Made by a program: the position numbers and the translations under genes. From assembly GCA_963730935.1 (NCBI GenBank), contig CAVSTP010000002.1, positions 32,001-96,000 on the forward strand: a stretch of 64,000 bases of DNA. Reading direction: 5' to 3'. Source of the stretch: an uncultured Nitrospiraceae bacterium (lineage in GTDB: Bacteria; Nitrospirota; Nitrospiria; Nitrospirales; Nitrospiraceae). The notes under the pieces are model-generated. The model worked only from the letters and a program-made list of their open reading frames with translations, was not told where the DNA came from and did not search any database. This document shows positions 11,425 through 22,919 of this stretch, in pieces; within the stretch, counting starts at the first letter, position 1, and each line of letters opens with the position of its first letter.

Positions 11425-12047
11425 TAGTGGTGTTTCAGCGCGATGCGCTCCAGGATATTGGCCACGTCTTCGCAACGGTCGGTGCCGGCCTCAAATCCCT
11501 CATAAATTTCTTTCCACTTGATGACCGCCATCGGATCGGTCTCCTTCTCGAACAGCGCCGAGATGGCATCACGGGAAATACGGTCGGCCTCGTTCTCGAG
11601 ACTGTTGACCTGAACGCTGCACTCTTTGATGTCCGGATGCGCCAACCCCAGTCGGTCCACGCCCGCTCCCACCGCGACGGACGCCTGATACAACACGTCG
11701 GCCAACTTCACGGCTCGTTCCGTCGGCTTCGTGACCTTGTAGAGCACGAATCGGTCGGCGATCGCCTCCGCCACGTCCAAGATATCGTCCAATGCGCTCG
11801 CCAAATCGTGGATGTCCTCACGGTCGATCGGCGTGATGAAAGTCTGGTTGAGCCGGCGCGCGATGTCATGCGTAATTCCGTCTCCCACGTGCTCGACCTC
11901 TTTGATCCGCTTGGCCTGCTCTGCCGGAGACTGGTAATGCTCCATCATCTCCTTCAACAGGCGGCTGCCTTCGATCATGTTGTGCGCAGCGTTCTTGAAT
12001 AACTCAAAGAAGGCTTCTTCTCTTGGAATCAAGCCGAACATCGTCAT
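11424..12047 (-). CDS. DUF47 / PhoU-like phosphate transport regulator (Pit accessory)
   Basis: EHVGD, TFITPIDREDI, LENEAD, DRCEDVAN motifs; upstream of pit. Confidence 0.9.
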   Translation of the reverse strand: MTMFGLIPREEAFFELFKNAAHNMIEGSRLLKEMMEHYQSPAEQAKRIKEVEHVGDGITHDIARRLNQTFITPIDREDIHDLASALDDILDVAEAIADRFVLYKVTKPTERAVKLADVLYQASVAVGAGVDRLGLAHPDIKECSVQVNSLENEADRISRDAISALFEKETDPMAVIKWKEIYEGFEAGTDRCEDVANILERIALKHH

Positions 12048-12098
12048 CCCTCTCTACGGAACATCCGCCGCTCGCTCACGGCTCGGCCCGTCAACGCG

Positions 12099-13091
12099 TC
12101 ACCACCGGATGAGCCCGGAGGCCCAGGTCAATCCGCCGCCAAAGCTGCCCAACACCATGAGATCATGCGGTCTCACCTTGCCGGCCCGCACGGCATGGTC
12201 CAGCGCGATCGGCAGCGAGGCGGAGGAGGTGTTTCCGAAGCGTTGAATCACGGAACAGATCCGGTCTGCCGGGACCGCCAGGCGGGTGGCGAGTTGCGCA
12301 AGGATTCTTCCGTTCGCTTGGTGGACAACGAATTGCGCCACGTCCCGCAATTCCACGCCAAATTCCTTCAGGATGTCCCGCACCGCCTGCTCCAGACGCC
12401 TCACCGCGAGACGGAACAGCGGTGCGCCTTGCATGCGCAGGGTCTGGTCCCTTCTCTCGAGTCTGTCCAGAGTCAAAGGCCAGCGGGACCCGCCGGCATG
12501 AATCCGAATCAGATCGTGGCGCCCGCCGTCTGCAGCGAGGCGAATCCCGAGCAGGCCGCGGCTGGGCTGGCTGTCCTCGGATTCGCCTTGCACGATCACG
12601 GCACCGGCTCCGTCACCGAACAATAAGGCCGTGTCAAGATCATGCGGATCGAGCGTGCGAGACTTCACTTCCGCCGCGGCCACGAGGCAAGTCTTGATCT
12701 GGCCGCTTCGGATCATGGCATCTGCCATGGACAGGCCATACAAGAAGCCCGAACAGGAAGCCGCGACGTCGAAGGCCGGCACGCTGCCGCAGGACAATTT
12801 CCGCTGGACGTGACAGGCGGTCGACGGAAACGCCATGTCGGGGGAAGTGGTCGAAACCAGAACGGCCTCCATCGCGGTCGGTTCAAGCCCTGCCGCACCC
12901 AATGCCGCACGAGCCGCCTCGACGGCCAAGTCAGACGATGCCTGAGCGGGGTCCGCCCATCGCCGTTCCTCTATACCGGTGAGCCGTGTGATAGTGTCTG
13001 GATCAATTTTTAACGCAGCCCCAACCTCCTGATTCGAGATTACTCGTTCCGGGAGATACGAGCCGGTTCCAATAATTCTGGATCGAATCAT
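12099..13091 (-). CDS. fabH: Beta-ketoacyl-ACP synthase III paralogue (FabH2)
   Basis: ASCSGF, FGDGAGA, HQAN, GNTSSAS, GGGLTW; Cys-His-Asn triad intact. Confidence 0.85.
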   Translation of the reverse strand: MIRSRIIGTGSYLPERVISNQEVGAALKIDPDTITRLTGIEERRWADPAQASSDLAVEAARAALGAAGLEPTAMEAVLVSTTSPDMAFPSTACHVQRKLSCGSVPAFDVAASCSGFLYGLSMADAMIRSGQIKTCLVAAAEVKSRTLDPHDLDTALLFGDGAGAVIVQGESEDSQPSRGLLGIRLAADGGRHDLIRIHAGGSRWPLTLDRLERRDQTLRMQGAPLFRLAVRRLEQAVRDILKEFGVELRDVAQFVVHQANGRILAQLATRLAVPADRICSVIQRFGNTSSASLPIALDHAVRAGKVRPHDLMVLGSFGGGLTWASGLIRW

Positions 13092-13126
13092 TGCTGAAAT
13101 GCCAAGGGGTTGCACCGAACCGCCGG

Positions 13127-13155
13127 ATTATAGGTCCCGCGACTCCAGTGGTCAA
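13127..13155 (-). promoter_or_regulatory. Putative sigma70 promoter for fabH2-DUF47-pit
   Basis: Minus strand TTGACC-17-TATAAT. Confidence 0.6.
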
Positions 13156-13247
13156 CCCAAGCGGATGAAAGATTGCATTTGTAGTGCTCTCCTGCTACTT
13201 TTGAAACTAGAGATCTTGGGCATCAACCACCAGGGGCAAGTCTATTC

Positions 13248-14150
13248 ATGCGGCGGCACAGCTTAACACTCGCAATGGGCACCGTTGCGGTGTGCCTGTT
13301 GCTGGCCTGCAGTTCCAACAAAACCGGCGATCCCACCTCAAAAAAGGCGCTGAGCGGAACGGACGAGTCGATTTTTCTCGGCGATACCATCGAGAAGAAC
13401 TACGACCCCAACGTCATCATGAAGCGCGGCGAAGCCTTTTTCGAGAAAGAGGAATACGCCGAAGCGATCGTCGAATATCTCCACTTTCTCGATCTTCACC
13501 GCAATCACATGCTGGCCTCCTACGCGGCCTTTCGGGTCGGCGAAAGCAATATGAAGCGGGCCAAAGGAATTGAACGCGATCCGGAACCGGTTCAGAAGGC
13601 GATCGATTCGTTCGAGCGGCTTCGAAGGGACTATCCCGGGAGCCGATACGACGGCCAGGCCGTGGAAAAGATCGACGAGTGCCACGATCTGTTGGCCCAG
13701 ATGCATCTCTTTGTCGGACAATTCTACTATCGACGCCAATCCTATTTGGCCGCCGCTCACCGCTTTGAACAGATCATGAAGATCTATCCCGACAAGTCTG
13801 TGGCGCCGGATGCGCTGTACTTTTTGGCACTGAGCTATCACGATCTCGGGGCGGATGATTGGGCCAGTGAAAAGCTGACGCTGTTGGCCGAGAAGTATCC
13901 AAACAGCGCACATTCCGGCGAAGGCGCAAGACTGCTCGCAAAGATCAACAAGTCCCAGCCCTCTGTCCTCGTTGCGAAAAAGCCGGACGCGCCTGCTGCT
14001 GGTCCCGCACCATCTTCAGCCGGAGAAAGTCAGCATTCGGCGCCTGCGGGAGGCATCACCCCTCAGGTCGCCAACGGGCTCATGCGGCTTCCTTCGGCGA
14101 CGGCCATGGGACAGGGGTTCGTCAGCTGTCGACTCGGCGTCTGGTGCTAG
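13248..14150 (+). CDS. bamD: Outer membrane protein assembly lipoprotein BamD
   Basis: Lipobox LLAC, TPR-like repeats, YPGSRY, VGQFYYRRQSYLAAAHRF typical of BamD/YfiO. Confidence 0.85.
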   Translation: MRRHSLTLAMGTVAVCLLLACSSNKTGDPTSKKALSGTDESIFLGDTIEKNYDPNVIMKRGEAFFEKEEYAEAIVEYLHFLDLHRNHMLASYAAFRVGESNMKRAKGIERDPEPVQKAIDSFERLRRDYPGSRYDGQAVEKIDECHDLLAQMHLFVGQFYYRRQSYLAAAHRFEQIMKIYPDKSVAPDALYFLALSYHDLGADDWASEKLTLLAEKYPNSAHSGEGARLLAKINKSQPSVLVAKKPDAPAAGPAPSSAGESQHSAPAGGITPQVANGLMRLPSATAMGQGFVSCRLGVWC

Positions 14151-14153
14151 CCC

Positions 14154-14277
14154 CAGACTGGTGAAACAGGCCGTCGGCTGCGTTCTCGCTTCGCTCAATC
14201 CCTCGACATACCAACCAACGTATGCCTCGGTCTTTCGCTTGCTGCGGTCTTGCCGAACAGCCTGTTTGACCAGCCTG
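14154..14277. repeat. Palindromic interspersed element, copy B (variant, opposite orientation to A and C)
   Basis: CAGACTGGTGAAACAGGCC...GCCTGTTTGACCAGCCTG; internal CGTTCTCGCTTCGCTC and CATAC-N8-GTATG. Confidence 0.8.
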
Positions 14278-14356
14278 ATGAGGTCACCGGCCGCGCACTT
14301 GTGGAAGCTTCGTTAAGAGAAGAATAGACCCGAGTGCATCTTCGACGCAGATCTTG

Positions 14357-14480
14357 CGGGATGTTCAAAAAGGCCTCTCAGCAAGGCCGCAGCGAGTACG
14401 GGCTCGAGGCGTACATTGTCTGGTACGTCGAGCGTCCGAGCGATGCGAGAACGACGCTAAAGGCCTTTTTCAACATCCCG
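14357..14480. repeat. Palindromic interspersed element, copy C
   Basis: CGGGATGTTCAAAAAGGCC...GGCCTTTTTCAACATCCCG, abuts the ccdA stop codon. Confidence 0.85.
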
Positions 14481-15227
14481 TTACTGGCCCAGATACCAGC
14501 CGATGCCGTACCGCTCCAGGAAACTCGTAATCATCGTCAACGAATTCGCATAGATCATGACGCCGACAATGACGAGCAACACTCCACTGACGGTCGACAC
14601 ACCCCAGAGATACGCACGCGCCTGCTTGAAATAGGCCAGAAATCGGTCCACGCCGAGCGCGGTCAAAAACAGCGGCAGACCCAACCCAAGCGAATAACTG
14701 GTCAACAGCAGGACGCCGTTGAGCAGCGAGTCAGTCGTGCTCGCATACAAGAGGATGGTGCCGAGCACCGGACCGACGCAGGGCGTCCACCCGGCCGCAA
14801 ACGCGATGCCGATCAGAAACGATCCGAGATAGCCGACTGGTCGGTTTCGAAATTGGAACCGGTGCTCCATCTGCAAAAAATTAATGTTGAGGATGCCCAG
14901 CAGATACAAGCCGAAGATCACAATCAGGACGCCGCCGATGCGCCGGATGTGATCCTGATAGGTGATCAGGATTTGGCCGATGAAACTCGCCGAAGCGCCG
15001 AAGGCAATGAATACCGCCGAGAAACCAGCGATGAACAAGAGGGCGTTTACGACAATCGCGGTCCTGAATCGAGATCTCGCATTGGCGTCCGTCAGCTGTT
15101 CAATCGACAACCCCGTGATGTACGAGATGTACGAGGGAACCAACGGGAGCACGCACGGCGATACAAACGAAAGCAGGCCTGCCGAAAACGCCGCGATCAA
15201 CGATATTTGGCTGAGGGATTGCGTCAC
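14481..15227 (-). CDS. ccdA: Cytochrome c biogenesis protein CcdA
   Basis: SFVSPCVLPLVP and WTPCVGPVL motifs, multi-TM. Confidence 0.93.
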   Translation of the reverse strand: MTQSLSQISLIAAFSAGLLSFVSPCVLPLVPSYISYITGLSIEQLTDANARSRFRTAIVVNALLFIAGFSAVFIAFGASASFIGQILITYQDHIRRIGGVLIVIFGLYLLGILNINFLQMEHRFQFRNRPVGYLGSFLIGIAFAAGWTPCVGPVLGTILLYASTTDSLLNGVLLLTSYSLGLGLPLFLTALGVDRFLAYFKQARAYLWGVSTVSGVLLVIVGVMIYANSLTMITSFLERYGIGWYLGQ

Positions 15228-15252
15228 AGGACCTACCTAGAGTGGGAAACGA

Positions 15253-15792
15253 CTAGGATTTCATCAGCATTTCGATCAACTGGTGTGCTTCGGGGGCCTC
15301 CCAGTCGCGGGCGCCGAAGATGTGTTGCCGCACGATCCCCTGCCGATCGACCATGAACGTCATCGGCAGCGTCCGTGCCCCGTAGGACAAGCCCACCCGA
15401 AAGTCCGCATCGTGGAGGATGGGAAAGGTGAGCTTGTTCTCCTGCTGAAACGGTCTCGTCACTGCTGCGCCTTGGGCGTCGGTCGAGACCGCGAGAATCT
15501 CGAAATCTTTCCGATCGTACGCGCGGTAGAGCCGTTCCATGGCCGGCATCTCCACGCGGCAGGGCCCGCACCAAGTCGCCCAAAAATTGAGGAGCACCAC
15601 TTTCCCCCTCAGGTCGGACAGTGAAACGATCCGCCCCTCCATGTCTCGAAGCTGAAAGTTGGGGGCCTGCTCGCCGGGCTTGACCACACCCCGTTGCGCA
15701 ATCGAGGTCACGTTGTCGGCGAAGACCACGGAGGAAACAACCGTCGCCATGAGCAGCGAGACGAGTCCGGTTATGAGGACGATTCTGTTCAT
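15253..15792 (-). CDS. TlpA/ResA-like thiol-disulfide oxidoreductase
   Basis: NFWATWCGPCRVEMP, N-terminal anchor. Confidence 0.9.
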   Translation of the reverse strand: MNRIVLITGLVSLLMATVVSSVVFADNVTSIAQRGVVKPGEQAPNFQLRDMEGRIVSLSDLRGKVVLLNFWATWCGPCRVEMPAMERLYRAYDRKDFEILAVSTDAQGAAVTRPFQQENKLTFPILHDADFRVGLSYGARTLPMTFMVDRQGIVRQHIFGARDWEAPEAHQLIEMLMKS

Positions 15793-16409
15793 CCCCGCTT
15801 TCCTCGCGATGTCGCCGGTAAAGGCTGCTCGGCCGTCTTGGGTGTCACATTGAGGAGCTTGGTCAATACTTGTAGACTGTCGACCCTCGTCCAATCGCGC
15901 GGGCCGATCACAATTTCGCGAATGATGCCCTCCTGATCGATAATAAACGTTTCCGGCACCCCCATCCGCTTATAGGGTTTGTCCGTCCGTCCCCATGAAT
16001 CGATCAATACCGGGAACGTCAGGTTCATGCCTTTGACAAACGGGGGGATGTCCTTCGTGGTCGTCACCCGGTCGATGCTGACAGCCAAAATGACGAGGCC
16101 GTCCTTTTCGAAATTCTTGTTCAAAATTTCCATCGACGGCATCTCTTCACGACACGGCTTGCACCACGTCGCCCAAAAGTTAAGGAAGACCACCTTCCCC
16201 CGAAACTCGGACAGGCGATAGGGCTTGTCGTTCAGATCAGAGAGCGAAAAGTCCGGCGCCGGTTTGCCGACGGCGAGCGGCTCATATTTGGCGCTCTGGA
16301 GCCATACAAGGGTGAAGACCGCAATGAGAATGGCCGTGCCAACGCCAAGAATCAACAGGCGTGACTTGCCCTGCGCAGGAACTGTGACTGGAATTGACTG
16401 CTCTGTCAT
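15789..16409 (-). CDS. TlpA/ResA-like thiol-disulfide oxidoreductase
   Basis: NFWATWCKPCREEMP, GVPETF, N-terminal TM. Confidence 0.9.
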   Translation of the reverse strand: MTEQSIPVTVPAQGKSRLLILGVGTAILIAVFTLVWLQSAKYEPLAVGKPAPDFSLSDLNDKPYRLSEFRGKVVFLNFWATWCKPCREEMPSMEILNKNFEKDGLVILAVSIDRVTTTKDIPPFVKGMNLTFPVLIDSWGRTDKPYKRMGVPETFIIDQEGIIREIVIGPRDWTRVDSLQVLTKLLNVTPKTAEQPLPATSRGKRG

Positions 16410-16501
16410 AAACGATCCGCTACTATCTTGTCGGATGCTCACAACGGTCGGCTGTCGCTCCCGCTCACGCCGGCGGACTGAATCGCGCCGATCAATTATC
16501 T

Positions 16502-16712
16502 ACACCCACCCACCCCGACGCGCCGAGACGCGTCGTTCACCGTGGAGGCCGCAGCGAGCGAGAAACCGAGGAGGTACATACCAAGCTTCGCGTGAGTCGC
16601 TCGCTATGATCATATGCGAGCGGAGAGTTACTTTGCCTCCAGTAAGCTTGCATAGGAGGTTGAGGGGAACGAGCGACCGAGAACGAAGTTGGAGACTGTC
16701 TTCAACGTCCGA
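16502..16712. repeat. Composite repeat: C-tract motif fused to an expanded copy (D) of the palindromic element
   Basis: Begins CACCCACCCACCCCGACGCGCCGAGACGCG, contains GGCCGCAGCGAGCGAG, ends GAGCGACCGAGAACGAAGTTGGAGACTGTCTTCAACGTCCG, matching the end of copies A and C. Confidence 0.7.
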
Positions 16713-17627
16713 CTAGGCATAGGCATGCAGTCCGGACAACAAGAAATTCACACCCCAGAAGCAGAAGATGACCATCAAAAAGCCGAACACCGCATAGATC
16801 GCCGCGCGACGGCCTTCCCATCCCCGGGTCATGCGCGCATGAATGTAGGCGCCATAGATCAACCACACGATCAGCGACCACGTTTCTTTGGGATCCCAAC
16901 TCCAGTAGCCGCCCCATGCGTAATTCGCCCACATGGCGCCGAGGATGATGCCGAAGGCGAGCATTGGAAACCCAATCATAATGGCTTTATAGCCCAGTTC
17001 GTCGATCGTCTCGAGATCGGGAAAGGCAGCGTAGAACCGCGAGCGGCTGCCCCGCTGTTCGGCTCGCTCCTTAAATAGGTACATGACTCCCAAGCCTCCG
17101 GCCATCGCGAATGCTGCATAGCTGGTCAGCGTGACCGAGACGTGAATGTAAATCCAGTAGCTATTGAGCGCGGGTACGAGCGGTTCCGCCGTCTGATAGC
17201 GATACGGTAGGAGTGAGGCGGCGCCCATGGCGATGAATCCGATCCCGACGACGAATGCGCCGATCGCTTTGATCTTGTATCGCAGTTCCAGTAGCACATA
17301 CCCGAGGATGATGGCCCAGGACACGTAGGCCATCGCTTCGAACTGATTCGACCAGGGCGCAAAGGTTCCGGAGTGCTCCAGCCGCTCGAACGCGCGAGTG
17401 AGCAAGGCGGACGTATTGACCACCCACCCAAACACCGTCACCAGCGTGGCTACCTGACCCAACTGCATAGCCCAGGCCCCGTCCCGCTCGTCGAAGTCTT
17501 CCGACGGATGTCCGGCCGGCGCCAAGGCCATGGCAGGACGGCGGGCGAACAGATAGGCGATGTAGAGAGTCAGGGAAGCGAGGTAGAGCCAGAACGTCAT
17601 GTCGAAGAGAAACAGTGAACGGGCCAT
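16713..17627 (-). CDS. ccsA: Cytochrome c biogenesis System II heme-handling protein (CcsA/ResC)
   Basis: WWD domain WANYAWGGYWSWDPKETW, IHV, C-terminal GLHAYA. Confidence 0.93.
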   Translation of the reverse strand: MARSLFLFDMTFWLYLASLTLYIAYLFARRPAMALAPAGHPSEDFDERDGAWAMQLGQVATLVTVFGWVVNTSALLTRAFERLEHSGTFAPWSNQFEAMAYVSWAIILGYVLLELRYKIKAIGAFVVGIGFIAMGAASLLPYRYQTAEPLVPALNSYWIYIHVSVTLTSYAAFAMAGGLGVMYLFKERAEQRGSRSRFYAAFPDLETIDELGYKAIMIGFPMLAFGIILGAMWANYAWGGYWSWDPKETWSLIVWLIYGAYIHARMTRGWEGRRAAIYAVFGFLMVIFCFWGVNFLLSGLHAYA

Positions 17628-17731
17628 CGTATCCTCCGTCGTTCGCGTCGGGTGTCGTCGAACCCGTCTATCATACCCAAGATCGGTGCCTTTTGGCCAC
17701 TGGCTGGGCTGTCGGTCCGGCGTTGCTTGAG

Positions 17732-17769
17732 GAACGGCGCGTCTCGGCACGCCGGGGTGGGCGGGTGAG
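17732..17769. repeat. G/C-tract short repeat
   Basis: Reverse complement CTCACCCGCCCACCCCGGCGTGCCGAGACGCGCCGTTC matches 16502-16538 and 42514-42547. Confidence 0.7.
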
Positions 17770-17795
17770 AACCACAGCTTTTTGAACCGCCCGAA

Positions 17796-19229
17796 TCAAG
17801 CCGAGAACGTCCGTATTTTTTCCGAGAGCTTGCGGAATTCCTTTTGAAAATCAATCTGGCTCTTGTGCGTGGTCCCACCGACGTGCACGGTCACCCCCTC
17901 AGCCGATGGGATGATCTTTGTCCAGAGCCGGCGATGGTAAATGAACGAGGAGAGGGTAATGCCCACGACGATCATCGTGGAACCGATCCAGACGATGTTG
18001 ATGCCGGGGTTCTTGGCAATCTGAAGCCCCGTATACTTTTTCGGCTTGTACCCGATCAACTCAAATTGATATTTGGAATCTTTGATTTCGAACAAGTCGG
18101 GGAATTGATAGAAAATCCAGGGCGTCGCCTGCACGGTGCTCCGTTCGTTGACCGTCAGTTTGATCGCCGGGTTCGCATGCTCGATGGTCTTTGAATACAC
18201 CTTTTTCTCGGTCGAATTGAATGCAAAATCCGCGACAAAGTCGGTAATCGCCAGCTTGAGATTCAACTCCGACAGCGTTTGCTCTTTTTGCCACTCCAGA
18301 TCAATGGTCTTGACGACCTTCTCGGTCTCTTTGTCCTTGATGTTGATGCGAGCCACTTCGATTTGGTCCCACGCGTCACCGTAGCTCGATTGGTAAAACC
18401 AAATGCCCTTGTAGACCAACGGATCATTGACGGTGATCGTCTTCGTCATCTTCGACTCGCCGCCCTCGAGCACCATGAGCGTACTGTTGTAGCTCTTGAC
18501 CGCCCCGTTCTCATGATAATCGATCCAGAACTTCTCCACCTTCAGATCGAAGTTGCCGCGTGGGATGTGATAGGTCTGCCCCTCCAGGCAGACGCCGAAT
18601 TCCTGGAATCCATAGTAGCTGCCGAGCAGACCGCCGAGCACGATGACGGTCGCGCTGAGGTGAGCCATGTGCGCGCCGACCCTTCCCATCACGCCCTTCG
18701 TGGCGTACAGCGTCACTTCACCGCCCTCGTTTTTGGCGAGCACGCGATAGCCTTTGGCGACGTAGTGTTGTGCCATCTGCTGGGCGATCGATTCCTTGGT
18801 GCCGGGTAAGGTCACTTCGATTTGTTGCTTCATCCCCTTGATGAAGGCAAGCGACACACTGACCTTGTCCTGTTTCATCGACCGCCAGACGGCCGGAAAC
18901 CGCTTGTAGAAACACGTGAGCGAATTGACGCACAGGAGCCCGAGAAGACTGGTGAACCACCAGGTGTGGTAGACGTCGGTGAAGCCCAGACGCAGAAACC
19001 AGCGGTAGGCCTCCTCTCCGTATTCCTGAATGTAGGTTTCGGGGCGCTCGCCCTGTTGGATGACCGTTCCGATAGTTGCGGTAATCGCAATAAATAAGAA
19101 GAGGAACATGGCCAGCTTGATCGAGGCGAAGAACTCGACCAACTCGCGCGAAAACTCCTCCCACCCCACACCGGGGGCGGGGGTACGAGGGGTATCCTGT
19201 TCGGTGAGTGTTTCCTGCCGGCTGTTCAT
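17796..19229 (-). CDS. resB: Cytochrome c biogenesis protein ResB/Ccs1
   Basis: IGTVIQQ, DVYHTWWF, AHLS, VNDPL.YKG..FYQSSY, KNPG; start could instead be GTG 19262. Confidence 0.9.
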   Translation of the reverse strand: MNSRQETLTEQDTPRTPAPGVGWEEFSRELVEFFASIKLAMFLFLFIAITATIGTVIQQGERPETYIQEYGEEAYRWFLRLGFTDVYHTWWFTSLLGLLCVNSLTCFYKRFPAVWRSMKQDKVSVSLAFIKGMKQQIEVTLPGTKESIAQQMAQHYVAKGYRVLAKNEGGEVTLYATKGVMGRVGAHMAHLSATVIVLGGLLGSYYGFQEFGVCLEGQTYHIPRGNFDLKVEKFWIDYHENGAVKSYNSTLMVLEGGESKMTKTITVNDPLVYKGIWFYQSSYGDAWDQIEVARINIKDKETEKVVKTIDLEWQKEQTLSELNLKLAITDFVADFAFNSTEKKVYSKTIEHANPAIKLTVNERSTVQATPWIFYQFPDLFEIKDSKYQFELIGYKPKKYTGLQIAKNPGINIVWIGSTMIVVGITLSSFIYHRRLWTKIIPSAEGVTVHVGGTTHKSQIDFQKEFRKLSEKIRTFSA

Positions 19230-19468
19230 GCGGGTGACGTTTTTTGTTCCATAATCAGACACACAACCCTTACGGCCCTGGAACGCGGCAGATGGGGCGA
19301 GGGTCGGTCGTGCGCTGGAAGGCGATCCCTTTATCCGGACAGTACGTGATCCTGGCCGCAGATCGGGAGGAATTTCCTCGAAAGCAAGGCATCTTACAAG
19401 CGCCGGAAAAGGGCTGTCAAGCAAAGCAACCGCGGGCCGAGATCGCAGCCCCCCTCCTTTAGAAGGAA

Positions 19469-19497
19469 TAGACAAAACAGGTGATTATCGCTATGAT
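19469..19497 (+). promoter_or_regulatory. Putative sigma70 promoter for metK
   Basis: TAGACA-17-TATGAT. Confidence 0.55.
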
Positions 19498-19596
19498 CTG
19501 CCTCGTTTCCACATCGGAGCTTCCTTCTCACACAGGGCCCTTCCCCCTACTGAGATCGAGCAACCATCGCCTTCTGAACTTTTTTGAGGAGCGTCA

Positions 19597-22120
<2,524 letters not shown>

Positions 22121-22280
22121 TCGCGGGTGCGCACACGCCTCGCGCGGGTTCTGTCGGCGATCATCGCTCGTCCTCGCACCCCGCCCGGCGTAGGACCCCG
22201 CTGCGGGCGAGCGATTGCGAGGAAACCGATACCTCAGCAACCAGCCGTTGGGTAGCACCATTCTCCAGTCTGCTCGTGTG

Positions 22281-22318
22281 AAAACAAAGGCTGCCTCAAT
22301 TGAGGCAGCCTTTGTTTT
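22281..22318. terminator. Bidirectional intrinsic terminator downstream of ahcY
   Basis: Perfect palindrome AAAACAAAGGCTGCCTCAA/TTGAGGCAGCCTTTGTTTT. Confidence 0.75.
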
Positions 22319-22470
22319 TCAGCAAGAGCAGAAACCCAGCGCCGCTCCGTTGCTCGATTCAAGAATCATCCCCGCCGTGTTCCAACCCCTGTCAAAACGT
22401 CGATTTTCTTTCCGGATCAGCCCACACGTGCTAGTGTGGTTCCGTCAGTCTCACTATGGGAGGGACCGCC

Positions 22471-22839
22471 ATGCTGGACATCATTCTCGTCGCCGCTGCC
22501 ATGTACGTGTGCCCTGGAGATGTGTATACGGACGTGCCGCGGCCAGGGTGCAGAGCGCTTCAGGAGTCCGGCAAGGAAGGCTTCAGCACGATTCCGGAGG
22601 CGCCTGAATTCGACTCGAAATCCTCCGTCTCGACCGGCGAAGGTGGGAAAGTCGCGAAGGACGAGCAACCCCGGCTTCCGGCCGCTTCAGCTGAAGAATG
22701 CGCGAGGTACGAAGAATGGGTCAAACTTTCTACGAAATCGAGCAGCATCGGAGCACGTGATCTTTCACCGTCCGAGTTCGAACGATGGACCAATCTCAAG
22801 CAGGTCTTTGGCAACAGTCCGCCTCCCAACTGCCGGTAG
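22471..22839 (+). CDS. Small hypothetical, probably exported protein (122 aa, 4 Cys)
   Basis: SD GGGAGG, short hydrophobic N-terminus, YVC..VYTDVP..GC motif. Confidence 0.6.
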   Translation: MLDIILVAAAMYVCPGDVYTDVPRPGCRALQESGKEGFSTIPEAPEFDSKSSVSTGEGGKVAKDEQPRLPAASAEECARYEEWVKLSTKSSSIGARDLSPSEFERWTNLKQVFGNSPPPNCR

Positions 22840-22919
22840 CCATTCCTTCTTCAGTTGACCGGTCACCAAGTGTGTTAGAGTGGGGCTAGCAGCCCAGGTT
22901 TCTGACCGGAGCCTCTCTT

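Noticed and set aside
11298..16712. Repeats considered as a CRISPR array
   Set aside because: Dispersed, about 125 bp long, no regular repeat-spacer period, no cas genes
19498..19596. SAM riboswitch in the metK leader
   Set aside because: No SAM-I, SAM-II or SAH consensus recognisable by eye; an Rfam scan would be decisive
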